Positions 18,614-27,283 of a stretch of 64,000 bases of DNA are shown piece by piece (the first letter of the stretch is position 1; every line of letters begins with the position of its first letter). The notes below the pieces were generated by a model, which saw only the letters and a list, made by a program, of their open reading frames with translations, had not been told where the DNA came from and searched no databases. A program made the position numbers and the translations under genes. This DNA comes from an uncultured Candidatus Saccharibacteria bacterium (GTDB taxonomy: Bacteria > Patescibacteriota > Saccharimonadia > Saccharimonadales > UBA10212), in contig CAYWQH010000007.1 of the NCBI GenBank assembly GCA_964460855.1, positions 5,628 through 69,627 on the forward strand, written 5' to 3'.

Positions 18614-20751
18614 AATTAATATCAGCAACAAATAAAAAATGGCTGGGCATAAGCGCGCTATCAGCAGTTATGCTGGTTGGCTTAGCCGTTGCTGCATACC
18701 AACACGAGTATAAAAACTCGCCTAAAGCTTACGCTGCTACGCCCAGCTCTACTACACCCTGTGTTGGTAATCCCGCCCCGGCCAAATGGAACCACGTAAT
18801 TGTATTGATGTTCGAAAATAAAACTTACGCCCAGGTTATCGGCAGTTCGGTCGCGTCAACCGCGCCGTTTATTAACGGCCTGGCAACCAAGTGCGGCACG
18901 GTTTATAGCGGCACTACCGGTACGGCTCCAAAAAACAACTGGCACGACGCCAACTTTAAAGTCAACGGCGCGACCGATGGCAACTATAACAGCAAACCCA
19001 GCTATGCCACCTTAACCAGCGGCGTGTCGCCCAGCGTCCATGGTTTGAAAGACGATACTTATGGCACCCAAACGGCCGTTGAGAACATTTATGACGAAAT
19101 AAATAAAGCCGGCAAAACCGCTAAAAACTATTACGAAGGATCGGCCAGCGCCACGCCTTGCGCCAGTTCTAACTTTAGCGGTGCCTACCACGACCCGATC
19201 CGATATTTTTCCGATCTGAGCGCCGCCTATTGCAATGCCCACGACGTGCCGATAAGTACCTTCATGACCGACGTTAATAACGGTACCTTACCGAACTTCT
19301 CATTTATATTGCCAACCAATAGTTCCAACATGCACGACAATTCTATTTCGTCGGGCGATACCTGGGCTAAGAACTTCTTAACGCCGTTGCTGGACAGCGC
19401 CCAGTATAAATCTGGCGACACGGCAATTTATTTCTTATGGGACGAAGACACGCCGACGCCAAACGTGCTGCTGGCCCCGTCAGTGGCTCCCGGCTCTAAA
19501 GTTCCGGTGCCAGCAGGCAACCCCATTGGCCATATAGCCGCCACCCGGAGCTGGGCTGAGATGCTGGGCTTACCTTTTTGGGGTGACTTGTCGCAGGCGC
19601 CGAGCTTACTGAGCTTCTTTAACGGCTGCGGTACAAGCTGCACGCCGCCGCCGCCCGACAACCCGCCAACTGTTAGTATTACCGCGCCCGCCGCCGGTAC
19701 CACCTTAACTACCAGCCCGGTGACCGTTTCGGCTAATGCCGCCGACGACCATGGGGTGGTTAAAGTTGAGTTTTATTCTGGCACTACGCTTCTGAATACG
19801 GATACGGCCGCGCCATTCAGTTTTAGCTGGGATGTCAGCAAGCTTTCGGGCAGCCAATCGCTAACGGCCAAAGCTTATGATACTGCCAACCAGATAACTA
19901 CATCGGCGGCTGTAACAGTAACGGTATCTATACCGCCCAGCTGCAGCGTACCTACAACTTTGGGCGTGGTCACCCAAACTGTCAGCGTACCTGCCGGCAG
20001 TACTTACCATGTCTGGAGCCGGATTATGGCGCCCGATACTACCAATAATTCATACTATCTGCAGATAGACGGCGGCTGCCCGATATTGGTTGGCGATTCT
20101 ACGAGTATTCCGGCCAATGCCTGGACGTGGCTGGATTACCAGGGCGGGTCTACTACTACGCATACCAGCGCCACGTTAACCGCCGGCAACCATACTTTAA
20201 CGATGATCGGCCATGAAGCTGGTGTTAAGCTCGACCGGGTTTTGCTGCTGTCTGATACCTGCGTGCCAAGCGGTAATGGCCAAAACTGTTCTGATTCAAC
20301 CCCGCCTACCGTCCAAATTACATCGCCTACCGCCAGCCAAACAGTAAGCGGCAGCGTAAATATAGCCGCTACAGTGGCAGATAATTCCGGCGGCAGCGGC
20401 TTACAAAAAGTCGAATACCTCATAGATAACGGTTTGCTGGCAACCCAAACCACCGGGCCATTCCAGACCGCCTGGAATACCGCCTTAACCGCTGACGGCA
20501 GCCATGCCGTAAACGTCAGGGCGACGGATATCGCCGGGAATGTCAGCACAGGCACAGTAACAGTTACGGTAGCCAACAATACGGCCGGAATAGTGGGCGA
20601 CTTAAATTCGGACGGCCATGTGAACATCTTTGACCTGTCATTATTGCTAAGCAAATGGGGGTCGCCAACTCCGGGTAGCAGCGACCTTAATAACGATGGC
20701 AAAGTCGACCTCACCGATCTGTCATTATTACTAAGCCACTTTGGCGTCTAA
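18610..20751 (+). CDS. Secreted phosphoesterase-family protein (phospholipase C / acid phosphatase type) with Ig-like domains and a C-terminal dockerin-type module
   Basis: ATGA overlap with the upstream gene and a signal peptide. WNHVIVLMFENKTYAQVIG resembles the phosphoesterase family N-terminal motif. Two Ig-like segments (PPTVSITAP.., PPTVQITSP..) flank a jelly-roll-like insert. Confidence 0.65.
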   Translation: MKLISATNKKWLGISALSAVMLVGLAVAAYQHEYKNSPKAYAATPSSTTPCVGNPAPAKWNHVIVLMFENKTYAQVIGSSVASTAPFINGLATKCGTVYSGTTGTAPKNNWHDANFKVNGATDGNYNSKPSYATLTSGVSPSVHGLKDDTYGTQTAVENIYDEINKAGKTAKNYYEGSASATPCASSNFSGAYHDPIRYFSDLSAAYCNAHDVPISTFMTDVNNGTLPNFSFILPTNSSNMHDNSISSGDTWAKNFLTPLLDSAQYKSGDTAIYFLWDEDTPTPNVLLAPSVAPGSKVPVPAGNPIGHIAATRSWAEMLGLPFWGDLSQAPSLLSFFNGCGTSCTPPPPDNPPTVSITAPAAGTTLTTSPVTVSANAADDHGVVKVEFYSGTTLLNTDTAAPFSFSWDVSKLSGSQSLTAKAYDTANQITTSAAVTVTVSIPPSCSVPTTLGVVTQTVSVPAGSTYHVWSRIMAPDTTNNSYYLQIDGGCPILVGDSTSIPANAWTWLDYQGGSTTTHTSATLTAGNHTLTMIGHEAGVKLDRVLLLSDTCVPSGNGQNCSDSTPPTVQITSPTASQTVSGSVNIAATVADNSGGSGLQKVEYLIDNGLLATQTTGPFQTAWNTALTADGSHAVNVRATDIAGNVSTGTVTVTVANNTAGIVGDLNSDGHVNIFDLSLLLSKWGSPTPGSSDLNNDGKVDLTDLSLLLSHFGV
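20596..20748 (+). other. Dockerin-type duplicated Ca-binding segment
   Basis: GDLNSDGHVNIFDLSLLLSKWG..SDLNNDGKVDLTDLSLLLSHFG: two DxNxDGxVxxxD EF-hand-like loops, each followed by a helix. Confidence 0.7.
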
Positions 20752-20877
20752 TGGCCAAAGAGCGAAATTAATGTATCCCAGATTTATGCAATGTATAATT
20801 AATTGACATACGCGCCAGGTTACAGCACACTTTTACTTAAGCATTAAATACGTAACTTTCATCAATTTGAGATAACA

Positions 20878-22314
20878 GTGAAAATTACCGGTACTAAGCA
20901 GAAAAAAACTTCTAAATCCAGCAGTTTTAAAATCGGCAAATTTTCTACAATGAATCTACTGGTTTTAGTATTAGTTTTCGCTGCTGCAGGCGGTTATTTT
21001 ATCCACCGCAGCTATGCGGCTACTAACTTTTACGTATCTACCACGGGCAATGACAGCAATGCCTGTTCACAGGCGGCCCCTTGCTTAACTTTTAACCGGG
21101 CGTATGCCGTCGCCTCGGCCGGCGACACGGTTATAGTCCAGCCCGGTAGTTATCCCAGCCAAACCGTCAGCGGCACTAAACCCAGTTGCTGCGTAATATT
21201 TGACTTGCAAAATTCGGCGACGGTCTCCGGTATTACGGTTCATTCCAACAATGTCGAGTTCCGAAATGGCACAATCAGCGATTATGGCTGGAACGGTACA
21301 GCCACCAATCCTATTCCAAGCAACGTCACTTTCAGAAACATTACTGCCCAAAGCGCTTTTTTCAATGCCGGTACTAATCTTTCAATAATTGGCGGCAGTA
21401 TCGGCAACTATGTTGCCTCTTCCGGTTTAGCCAGCGCCGTTACAATCGAGGGAACTAGTAACCCGCTAACCAATGTATTGTTCGATGGCGTGGATTTCCA
21501 CGATATTTCCCATGCCGTATCCACGGACCACTTTGAAGGTCTCCGGGTGGAAGTAGGCGTCAGCAATTTAACTGTCCGTAATTCTAAATTCCGTAATATC
21601 TTAGTCAATACGGCCGTAATATTTATAACTAATGTGCTGACCGATCCCGGCGATCCGCATGACATTACATTTGAAAATAACTGGTTTGGCGATCCGGTTT
21701 CCGGGGCCGGCGGTGGCGCGTTCTTTGATATCAGTACCCAAAACCCGGTTATCCAGACCTGTACTAATCTTAAATTTCGCTATAATAGTTTCGTAAGCGA
21801 AGGGGTGAGTCTGGCTTGCGCTAGCGCGTCGGGCACTCAATTTGTAGGCAATACCGGTCCATCTCCGGCAGGAACTTCCGCGCATTGTCCGACTTTAAGC
21901 GGCGGAATTATATATAGCCACAATGTCTTTACCGACCAAACTTGCGGCGCGACGGATAAACATTCTGCTGCCTTAAATTATGTAAATTCGGCGACTACGG
22001 CGCTGGATTTACACCTTACGGCCGGTTCGGCGGCTATTGATGCCGGCGATCCCGGGGATTTCCCAGCCAAAGATATTGACGGCCAAAACCGCCCGGCCGG
22101 GGCCGGGCCGGATGCCGGCGCCGATGAATTCGGGGCGGCTACCGGGCCTAAAGTCGGAGACCTTAACGGCGATGGCAGCGTAGACATCATCGACCTGTCG
22201 ATATTACTTAGCCACTTCGGGGGTGCCGGCACGCCGTCTACCGGAGACTTAAACAGCGATAATACGGTGAATATTACCGACCTATCGATTTTGCTGAGCC
22301 ATTACGGGACTTAA
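20878..22314 (+). CDS. Secreted right-handed beta-helix (pectate-lyase-fold / DUF1565-like) protein with C-terminal dockerin-type module
   Basis: K-rich N-region plus a hydrophobic helix. NFYVSTTGNDSNACSQAAPCLTFNRAYAVASAGDTVIVQPGSY is the typical beta-helix N-cap pattern, followed by repeated short N/G/V-rich coils. GTG start; an alternative ATG lies at 20950. Confidence 0.6.
   Translation: MKITGTKQKKTSKSSSFKIGKFSTMNLLVLVLVFAAAGGYFIHRSYAATNFYVSTTGNDSNACSQAAPCLTFNRAYAVASAGDTVIVQPGSYPSQTVSGTKPSCCVIFDLQNSATVSGITVHSNNVEFRNGTISDYGWNGTATNPIPSNVTFRNITAQSAFFNAGTNLSIIGGSIGNYVASSGLASAVTIEGTSNPLTNVLFDGVDFHDISHAVSTDHFEGLRVEVGVSNLTVRNSKFRNILVNTAVIFITNVLTDPGDPHDITFENNWFGDPVSGAGGGAFFDISTQNPVIQTCTNLKFRYNSFVSEGVSLACASASGTQFVGNTGPSPAGTSAHCPTLSGGIIYSHNVFTDQTCGATDKHSAALNYVNSATTALDLHLTAGSAAIDAGDPGDFPAKDIDGQNRPAGAGPDAGADEFGAATGPKVGDLNGDGSVDIIDLSILLSHFGGAGTPSTGDLNSDNTVNITDLSILLSHYGT
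22156..22311 (+). other. Dockerin-type duplicated Ca-binding segment
   Basis: GDLNGDGSVDIIDLSILLSHFGG..GDLNSDNTVNITDLSILLSHYG. It is near-identical in pattern to the module at 20596..20748. Confidence 0.7.
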
Positions 22315-22333
22315 TCGTTTATAATTACCGCTT

Positions 22334-22600
22334 ATGAAAGCAGTTATCCTTTATAGGCCTAATAGCGACCACGAGCGGACGGTTTTGGATTACGTGCGCG
22401 ATTATAAGCGGCTACATCCGGATAAAAATATTGATCTGCTAAGCCTCGATACCGTAGATGGCGCCGACAAGGCCAGGTTGTACGACATAACCCAGTATCC
22501 CTCCGTAATGGTTTTAACTAACGACGGCCAGCTTCAAAAGTTTTGGCAAGGGGAGCTGTTTCCGTTATTCAATGAACTAGATTCTTACATGCTGGTTTAG
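22334..22600 (+). CDS. Small conserved hypothetical protein (thioredoxin-fold-like pattern without CxxC)
   Basis: 88-aa ORF with compact spacing. Function unknown. Confidence 0.5.
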   Translation: MKAVILYRPNSDHERTVLDYVRDYKRLHPDKNIDLLSLDTVDGADKARLYDITQYPSVMVLTNDGQLQKFWQGELFPLFNELDSYMLV

Positions 22601-22640
22601 TTGTCATTATTAACAGATTGGGTTATAGTAAATTCAACAA

Positions 22641-22837
22641 TTAGTAGAGGCATTTGAGCGGTTATCAGCCGCGAGCCATAGGAAGAACGGCATTACGCTT
22701 ATTAGAACCTATCGGGGAAGCCCGTTACAGCCGAAATTAAGTAAAGAGCCATCTCTTTTGAATAGCTGGATGGTACCGGTTGCCAAAGCAACCTCCAGCC
22801 AATCGAACGAGGTGGCTTTTGGCTTAGAAGGGAGCAG
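22641..22837 (+). promoter_or_regulatory. T-box riboswitch leader of ileS (Ile AUC specifier, very short Stem I)
   Basis: Four landmarks are present. (1) A K-turn-like base (ggc/gcc stem, bulge auuu, tandem G.A at 22656-57/22673-74) carries a 4-bp stem with the 7-nt loop UUAUCAG (AUC at 22664-22666, followed by a purine). (2) F-box CCGUUA at 22722-22727. (3) T-box core UGGUACCG at 22771-22778. (4) An antiterminator-type fold: A1 gctgg 22765-69/ccagc 22795-99, a bulge containing UGGU, A2 ggttgc 22778-83/gcaacc 22788-93. A competing helix (22782-22795 with 22809-22823) also forms. Confidence 0.8.
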
Positions 22838-25714
22838 GTGGTGAAATTCAAGAAACTGGATAAGAAACCGTACGCCGAGATGGAGCACGAAGTAATAAAT
22901 TATTGGAAAGCCAATAATACTTTCGTGAAATCGGTAGAAAACCGGCCGCCCGAAAACAGCTACGTTTTTTACGACGGACCGCCGTTTATAACCGGGGTGC
23001 CGCATATGGGAACTTTACTTAGCAGCATCGCCAAAGACGTCATACCGCGCTACCACACCATGCGCGGCAAACGGGTAGAACGCGTTTGGGGCTGGGATTG
23101 CCACGGCTTGCCGGCCGAAACTTTTGTAGAGAAACAACTTGGGATCAAAGATAAGCGCGACGTCGCCAAAATCGGCTTGGCCAAATATATTGAAACCTGC
23201 CGGGCAGCCATGATCCAAACCGGGTCGGAATGGGAAGATACCATCGAGCGTATCGGCCGCTGGGTGGATTTTCAGGGCGCTTATAAAACTATGGACAAGC
23301 CTTACATGGAATCAGTCTGGTGGGCCTTTAAACAGCTGTATGACAAGGGCAAGATATATGAAGGCGAAAAAGTACTGCTTTACTGTACGCGCTGCGCTAC
23401 GCCCCTTTCTAAGGCCGAAATCGCTATGGATAACTCGTACGCCGACGTTACCGACCCGTCGGTTTACGTTAAATTAAAAGTAGCCAGCGAAGATTACTAT
23501 TTACTGGCGTGGACGACCACTCCCTGGACATTGCCGGCTAACACTGCCGCCGCCGTCCATCCCGACCTGGAATACACTTTTGTCGAGCATGAAGGCATTA
23601 CTTACGTAGTGGCCAAAGATCTGGTAGAAAAAGTGTTCAGCGATAACCGCGGCAATCCGCTGGAATACAATGTACAAAAAACAGTTCCGGGGCTGGAACT
23701 GGTTGGTAAAAAATACGAGCCGCTGTTTGACAGCCGCGGCGACAATGCCCACCGGGTGTTATCAGCCCCATACGTTACAACCGAAGAAGGTACTGGCATA
23801 GTCCATCTGGCTCCGGCCTACGGCGAAGAAGATTATGAACTGGCCAAAAAAGAAGGCCTGCCGATATACGTAAATATCGATGAGAACGGCTTTTTTAAAG
23901 AAGGCCAATGGCAGGGCACATATGTTTGGGATGCCGACCAGCTAATAGCCGATGCACTTCATCAGCAAGGAAAAGTCTGGCGTATCCAACCCATCCGCCA
24001 CAGTTACCCCCACTGTTACCGCTGCGGCACAAAATTAATGTACCGGGCCCATCCCAGCTGGTTTATGGATATAACCGGCCAGCGCGAGTTAATGCTGGAC
24101 CAGAACGAAAATATATCCTGGTACCCGAAGCATATAAAGCATGGGCGTTTCGAACACACGGTGGCCACCGCTCCAGATTGGAACTTGTCGCGCGACCGGT
24201 TCTGGGCGACGGCCATGCCGGTGTGGCGCGGCGTAAAAGAAGACGGCTCAATAATCACCAAAGTTGTAGGCAGTTATGCCGAGTTAAAAGAGTTATCCGG
24301 GGCCGAATTAGAAGACTACCACCGCCCTTACGTAGACGACGTTACTTTCGAGTACCAGGGCGTGCATATGTCGCGCATAGATAAAGTACTTGATTGCTGG
24401 TTTGAATCCGGCTCGATGCCTTTCGCTCAATTCCACTATCCGTTTGAAAACAAAGAAAAATTCGAAGCCAATTTCCCTGGTGACTTTATCGTCGAATATG
24501 TCGGGCAGGTCAGGGCCTGGTTTTATTACTTGCACGCCGTATCTGTCGGCTTGCAAGGTACCAATAGCTTTAAGCACGTGGTAGTTACCGGCACGCTGGC
24601 CGGCAATGACGGCCGCAAAATGAGCAAATCGCTGGGTAATTTTACCGATCCGATGGTGCTTTTGGACCGCTATAGCGCCGATGCCCTGCGTTTGCTGTTA
24701 ATGAGCTCGCCGGTTATGCACGGCGATGACTTCGCACTAATGGACAAGGATGTGGCTGACATGCAGCGGCGCCTGAATACCTTGCGCTCAACACTGGAAT
24801 TTTTCTTACTATATGCCGAAGCCGATAACTGGGAGGCCCAAGAGGCTGATCTGCAAGTGCCGGACGTCAGTCAGGTGATGGACCGCTGGGTGCTGGCCAG
24901 GCTGTTTGAGGCCCAAAAAGAGGTAGAAACAGCCATGGAAGGCTATGATACTACAGCTGCCACAAAACCCCTGCTGGAATTCATAGAAGACTTATCTAAC
25001 TGGTATGTGCGGCGCAGCCGCAAACGCTTCTGGAAAACCCAAAATGACAGTGACAAGCATGATGCTTACCGCACGTTATACTTCGTACTCATCCATCTAT
25101 CTAAACTAATGGCACCGCTGGCACCTTTTTTGGCCGAAGATATATACCGGACCTTAACGGGCAGGGAATCCGTACACCTGGAAAACTGGCCGGAAAGGGT
25201 AAAACCAGATAATGCTAGCCGGATAATGCTAGAAGAAATGCATAAAGTCAGGGAACAGATAACCGAAGGCTTAGCCCGCCGGGCTGAAGCTAAAATAAAA
25301 GTCCGCCAGCCCTTGGGTCTGGTAAAAATTCCACTGGCAGTTAGCGATAGCGCGCTTTATTCGGAGGTCATAGCTGAAGAGTTAAACGTCAAAACCGTAG
25401 ACTGGATAGAGTCCGGAGAACAGTTACAGCTAGACACTACCGTTACTGACGAGCTAAAAGCCGAGGGCTTAATGCGCGATATTGTGCGACAGGTACAAAG
25501 TACCCGCAAGGCAGCCGGACTTAACGTCGAAGACCGGATATTGCTGGGGCTGGAAACTGGCGATCCGGAGTTGCAATCGGCCATCAATCGCTTCGAATCG
25601 GAAATTGACGCCGAAACACTGGCTACCGGCCGGTTAGCTGGCGATGGTGACAGCTACCAAAACGAAGTCCAAATCGAAAACAAACCTCTAAAAATCCAAA
25701 TCAAAAAGGTTTAA
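22838..25714 (+). CDS. ileS: Isoleucyl-tRNA synthetase
   Basis: 958 aa. HIGH-type motif PHMGTLLS, KMSKS present (GRKMSKSLGN), an editing-domain insertion, and WDCHGLP. GTG start at 22838 or 22841 after GGGAG. Confidence 0.97.
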   Translation: MVKFKKLDKKPYAEMEHEVINYWKANNTFVKSVENRPPENSYVFYDGPPFITGVPHMGTLLSSIAKDVIPRYHTMRGKRVERVWGWDCHGLPAETFVEKQLGIKDKRDVAKIGLAKYIETCRAAMIQTGSEWEDTIERIGRWVDFQGAYKTMDKPYMESVWWAFKQLYDKGKIYEGEKVLLYCTRCATPLSKAEIAMDNSYADVTDPSVYVKLKVASEDYYLLAWTTTPWTLPANTAAAVHPDLEYTFVEHEGITYVVAKDLVEKVFSDNRGNPLEYNVQKTVPGLELVGKKYEPLFDSRGDNAHRVLSAPYVTTEEGTGIVHLAPAYGEEDYELAKKEGLPIYVNIDENGFFKEGQWQGTYVWDADQLIADALHQQGKVWRIQPIRHSYPHCYRCGTKLMYRAHPSWFMDITGQRELMLDQNENISWYPKHIKHGRFEHTVATAPDWNLSRDRFWATAMPVWRGVKEDGSIITKVVGSYAELKELSGAELEDYHRPYVDDVTFEYQGVHMSRIDKVLDCWFESGSMPFAQFHYPFENKEKFEANFPGDFIVEYVGQVRAWFYYLHAVSVGLQGTNSFKHVVVTGTLAGNDGRKMSKSLGNFTDPMVLLDRYSADALRLLLMSSPVMHGDDFALMDKDVADMQRRLNTLRSTLEFFLLYAEADNWEAQEADLQVPDVSQVMDRWVLARLFEAQKEVETAMEGYDTTAATKPLLEFIEDLSNWYVRRSRKRFWKTQNDSDKHDAYRTLYFVLIHLSKLMAPLAPFLAEDIYRTLTGRESVHLENWPERVKPDNASRIMLEEMHKVREQITEGLARRAEAKIKVRQPLGLVKIPLAVSDSALYSEVIAEELNVKTVDWIESGEQLQLDTTVTDELKAEGLMRDIVRQVQSTRKAAGLNVEDRILLGLETGDPELQSAINRFESEIDAETLATGRLAGDGDSYQNEVQIENKPLKIQIKKV

Positions 25715-25733
25715 CTATTTAGGTTTCGTACAT

Positions 25734-25868
25734 GGATGCACCGCTAGGAAGTAGCGAATTTTGAATGAAGCGTATTACACATACGCTGAGTGAAAAATTT
25801 TAGCGTACTGACAACGCGGGGCGCCATGAGTCGCCAAAGCGGCCGGCTTTGCCGGACGATTGGGCGAC
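25734..25868 (+). ncRNA. Copy A of the unassigned four-member structured RNA element family
   Basis: Reads GGAUGCACCGCUAGGA..GAAUGA-AGCGUAU-UACAC-AUACGCU-GAGUGA..GACAACGCGGGGCGCC (25734-25825), then a long hairpin GUCGCC..CCGGC-UUU-GCCGG..GGCGAC (25830-25868). By hand alignment, 81 of 92 core positions are identical to copy B, while the 3' hairpin stems are completely re-written but still pair. Confidence 0.55.
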
Positions 25869-25961
25869 GCTACGAAAGCTAAAAGCTTAACACCTCTGGA
25901 CAGGTGAGAGGATAAGTGGTAACATCTGTTGGTAACTTTTTAACTGTGTAAGGCCAAAAAG

Positions 25962-26288
25962 ATGAAAAAAGCAGTCATCGCCACCGGCGGTAAGCAATAT
26001 CTTGTTTCAGAAGGCGAAGAGCTGGAAATTGAACTTTTGCCCGAAGGGACCAAGCCGGAGTTCCAGCCCTTGCTGGTAATTGACGGCGAAAAAATCAGTG
26101 TTGGCAAACCAATGGTTGAAAATATTCTCGTTAAAGCTTCTGTAGTCGAAGCCGAGGTCAAAGCTGATAAGGTAGTAGCCATCCGCTATAAGGCTAAAAA
26201 GCGGGTCCGTAAAGTCCGCGGCCATCGCCAGCGCCACATGAAAATCAAAATTTCCTCTATCGCCAGCAAAACCGCCGCCAAAAAATAG
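25962..26288 (+). CDS. rplU: 50S ribosomal protein L21
   Basis: 108 aa. MKKAVIATGGKQYLVSEGEEL..KVVAIRYKAKKRVRKVRGHRQ is typical of L21. No rpmA follows it. Confidence 0.95.
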   Translation: MKKAVIATGGKQYLVSEGEELEIELLPEGTKPEFQPLLVIDGEKISVGKPMVENILVKASVVEAEVKADKVVAIRYKAKKRVRKVRGHRQRHMKIKISSIASKTAAKK

Positions 26289-26326
26289 TTATCCACAAAC
26301 TTCCTGGTTATTATTCATATATAGGG

Positions 26327-26355
26327 TTGACAGGCAAAACAGGGGTAGTTATGCT
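26327..26355 (+). promoter_or_regulatory. Candidate promoter of the giant-gene-1 operon (TTGACA-17 nt-TATGCT)
   Basis: Perfect -35 TTGACA at 26327-26332, a 17-nt spacer, and -10 TATGCT at 26350-26355. A G-poor A/C-rich leader follows, up to the ATG at 26417. Confidence 0.5.
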
Positions 26356-26416
26356 TTAGTTAACTGTCGTAACAAAACAAACAGTCGAAACAAAAACAAA
26401 CTAAACACCTCCCATC

Positions 26417-27274
26417 ATGAAGCAACCGACTCGCAGCGGTTCTCAAAAGCCAGTATTTCCTATATCCGCAGGAAGGACATTCCTGTGGTTTTTTGGCGTG
26501 TTAAGCACGCTTGTTGTTATCGGCGGAATGGCAGCCGCCTTATCGCAAGGCTATGCGGCTAAAGATTCATCTGTAATTACAGGCATGGTGGTAAGGCTTA
26601 GTTCGGAAAGCAGCGCTAGCCACTTGGTCGTCGAAGCCGCCGACAACAGCGTTTTAGCGCCGCCGCTGGGTGTGGTAATCCGGGACGACCAAAGCTTATT
26701 AGCCGTCGGTTCGGCCAGCAACAGTGTATTTATAACCGATAACGGCCAAGCTAGGGTTTATGTTTCGGATATTAACGGCCAAATTAAACACGGCGACCAG
26801 CTAACAGTTTCGCCCTTAAAAGGCGTTTTGCAAAAAGCCGATAGTTCCAGCCAGCTAATTATGGGCGCTGCCCTAGAAGATTTCCCGAATAGCGGCGCTA
26901 AATCAGTAGTCGTTAAAGGCGCTAATGGCAAGGACACTTCAATTCAAAGCGGATTGGTAAACGCTAATATCAGTATTAAACCCCTGGGGAATCTCCAGCA
27001 AACCAGCCAAAGCTGGCTAAAAGAAATTGGCAGGTCGATTACCGGCCATTCCATCAGCGAAGAACGCATTTTGGCCGCCTTTATAATTTTTGTGACTTTG
27101 CTGGTGATAGAGGGGGTTGTTGTACACGGAACCATCAGCTCTACCATAGCCGCCGCCGGCCGCAACCCAATGGCCCGCGGTTCTATCGAGCAGCAGTCTT
27201 TTAAAGGCGTTTTAATCGCCATGGTAATTTTAATAACCGGCATCACCACGATAGCCATAATGTTGTGGGCTTAA
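26417..27274 (+). CDS. Membrane protein of unknown function, first gene of the giant-gene-1 operon
   Basis: 285 aa. It has an N-terminal TM helix (FLWFFGVLSTLVVIGGMAAAL), a ~180-aa predicted external domain, and a C-terminal helical hairpin (ILAAFIIFVTLLVIEGVVV..AAAGRNPMARG..GVLIAMVILITGITTIAIMLW). Its stop is 9 nt before the giant ORF's ATG. Confidence 0.6.
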   Translation: MKQPTRSGSQKPVFPISAGRTFLWFFGVLSTLVVIGGMAAALSQGYAAKDSSVITGMVVRLSSESSASHLVVEAADNSVLAPPLGVVIRDDQSLLAVGSASNSVFITDNGQARVYVSDINGQIKHGDQLTVSPLKGVLQKADSSSQLIMGAALEDFPNSGAKSVVVKGANGKDTSIQSGLVNANISIKPLGNLQQTSQSWLKEIGRSITGHSISEERILAAFIIFVTLLVIEGVVVHGTISSTIAAAGRNPMARGSIEQQSFKGVLIAMVILITGITTIAIMLWA

Positions 27275-27283
27275 GGCGCGAAA

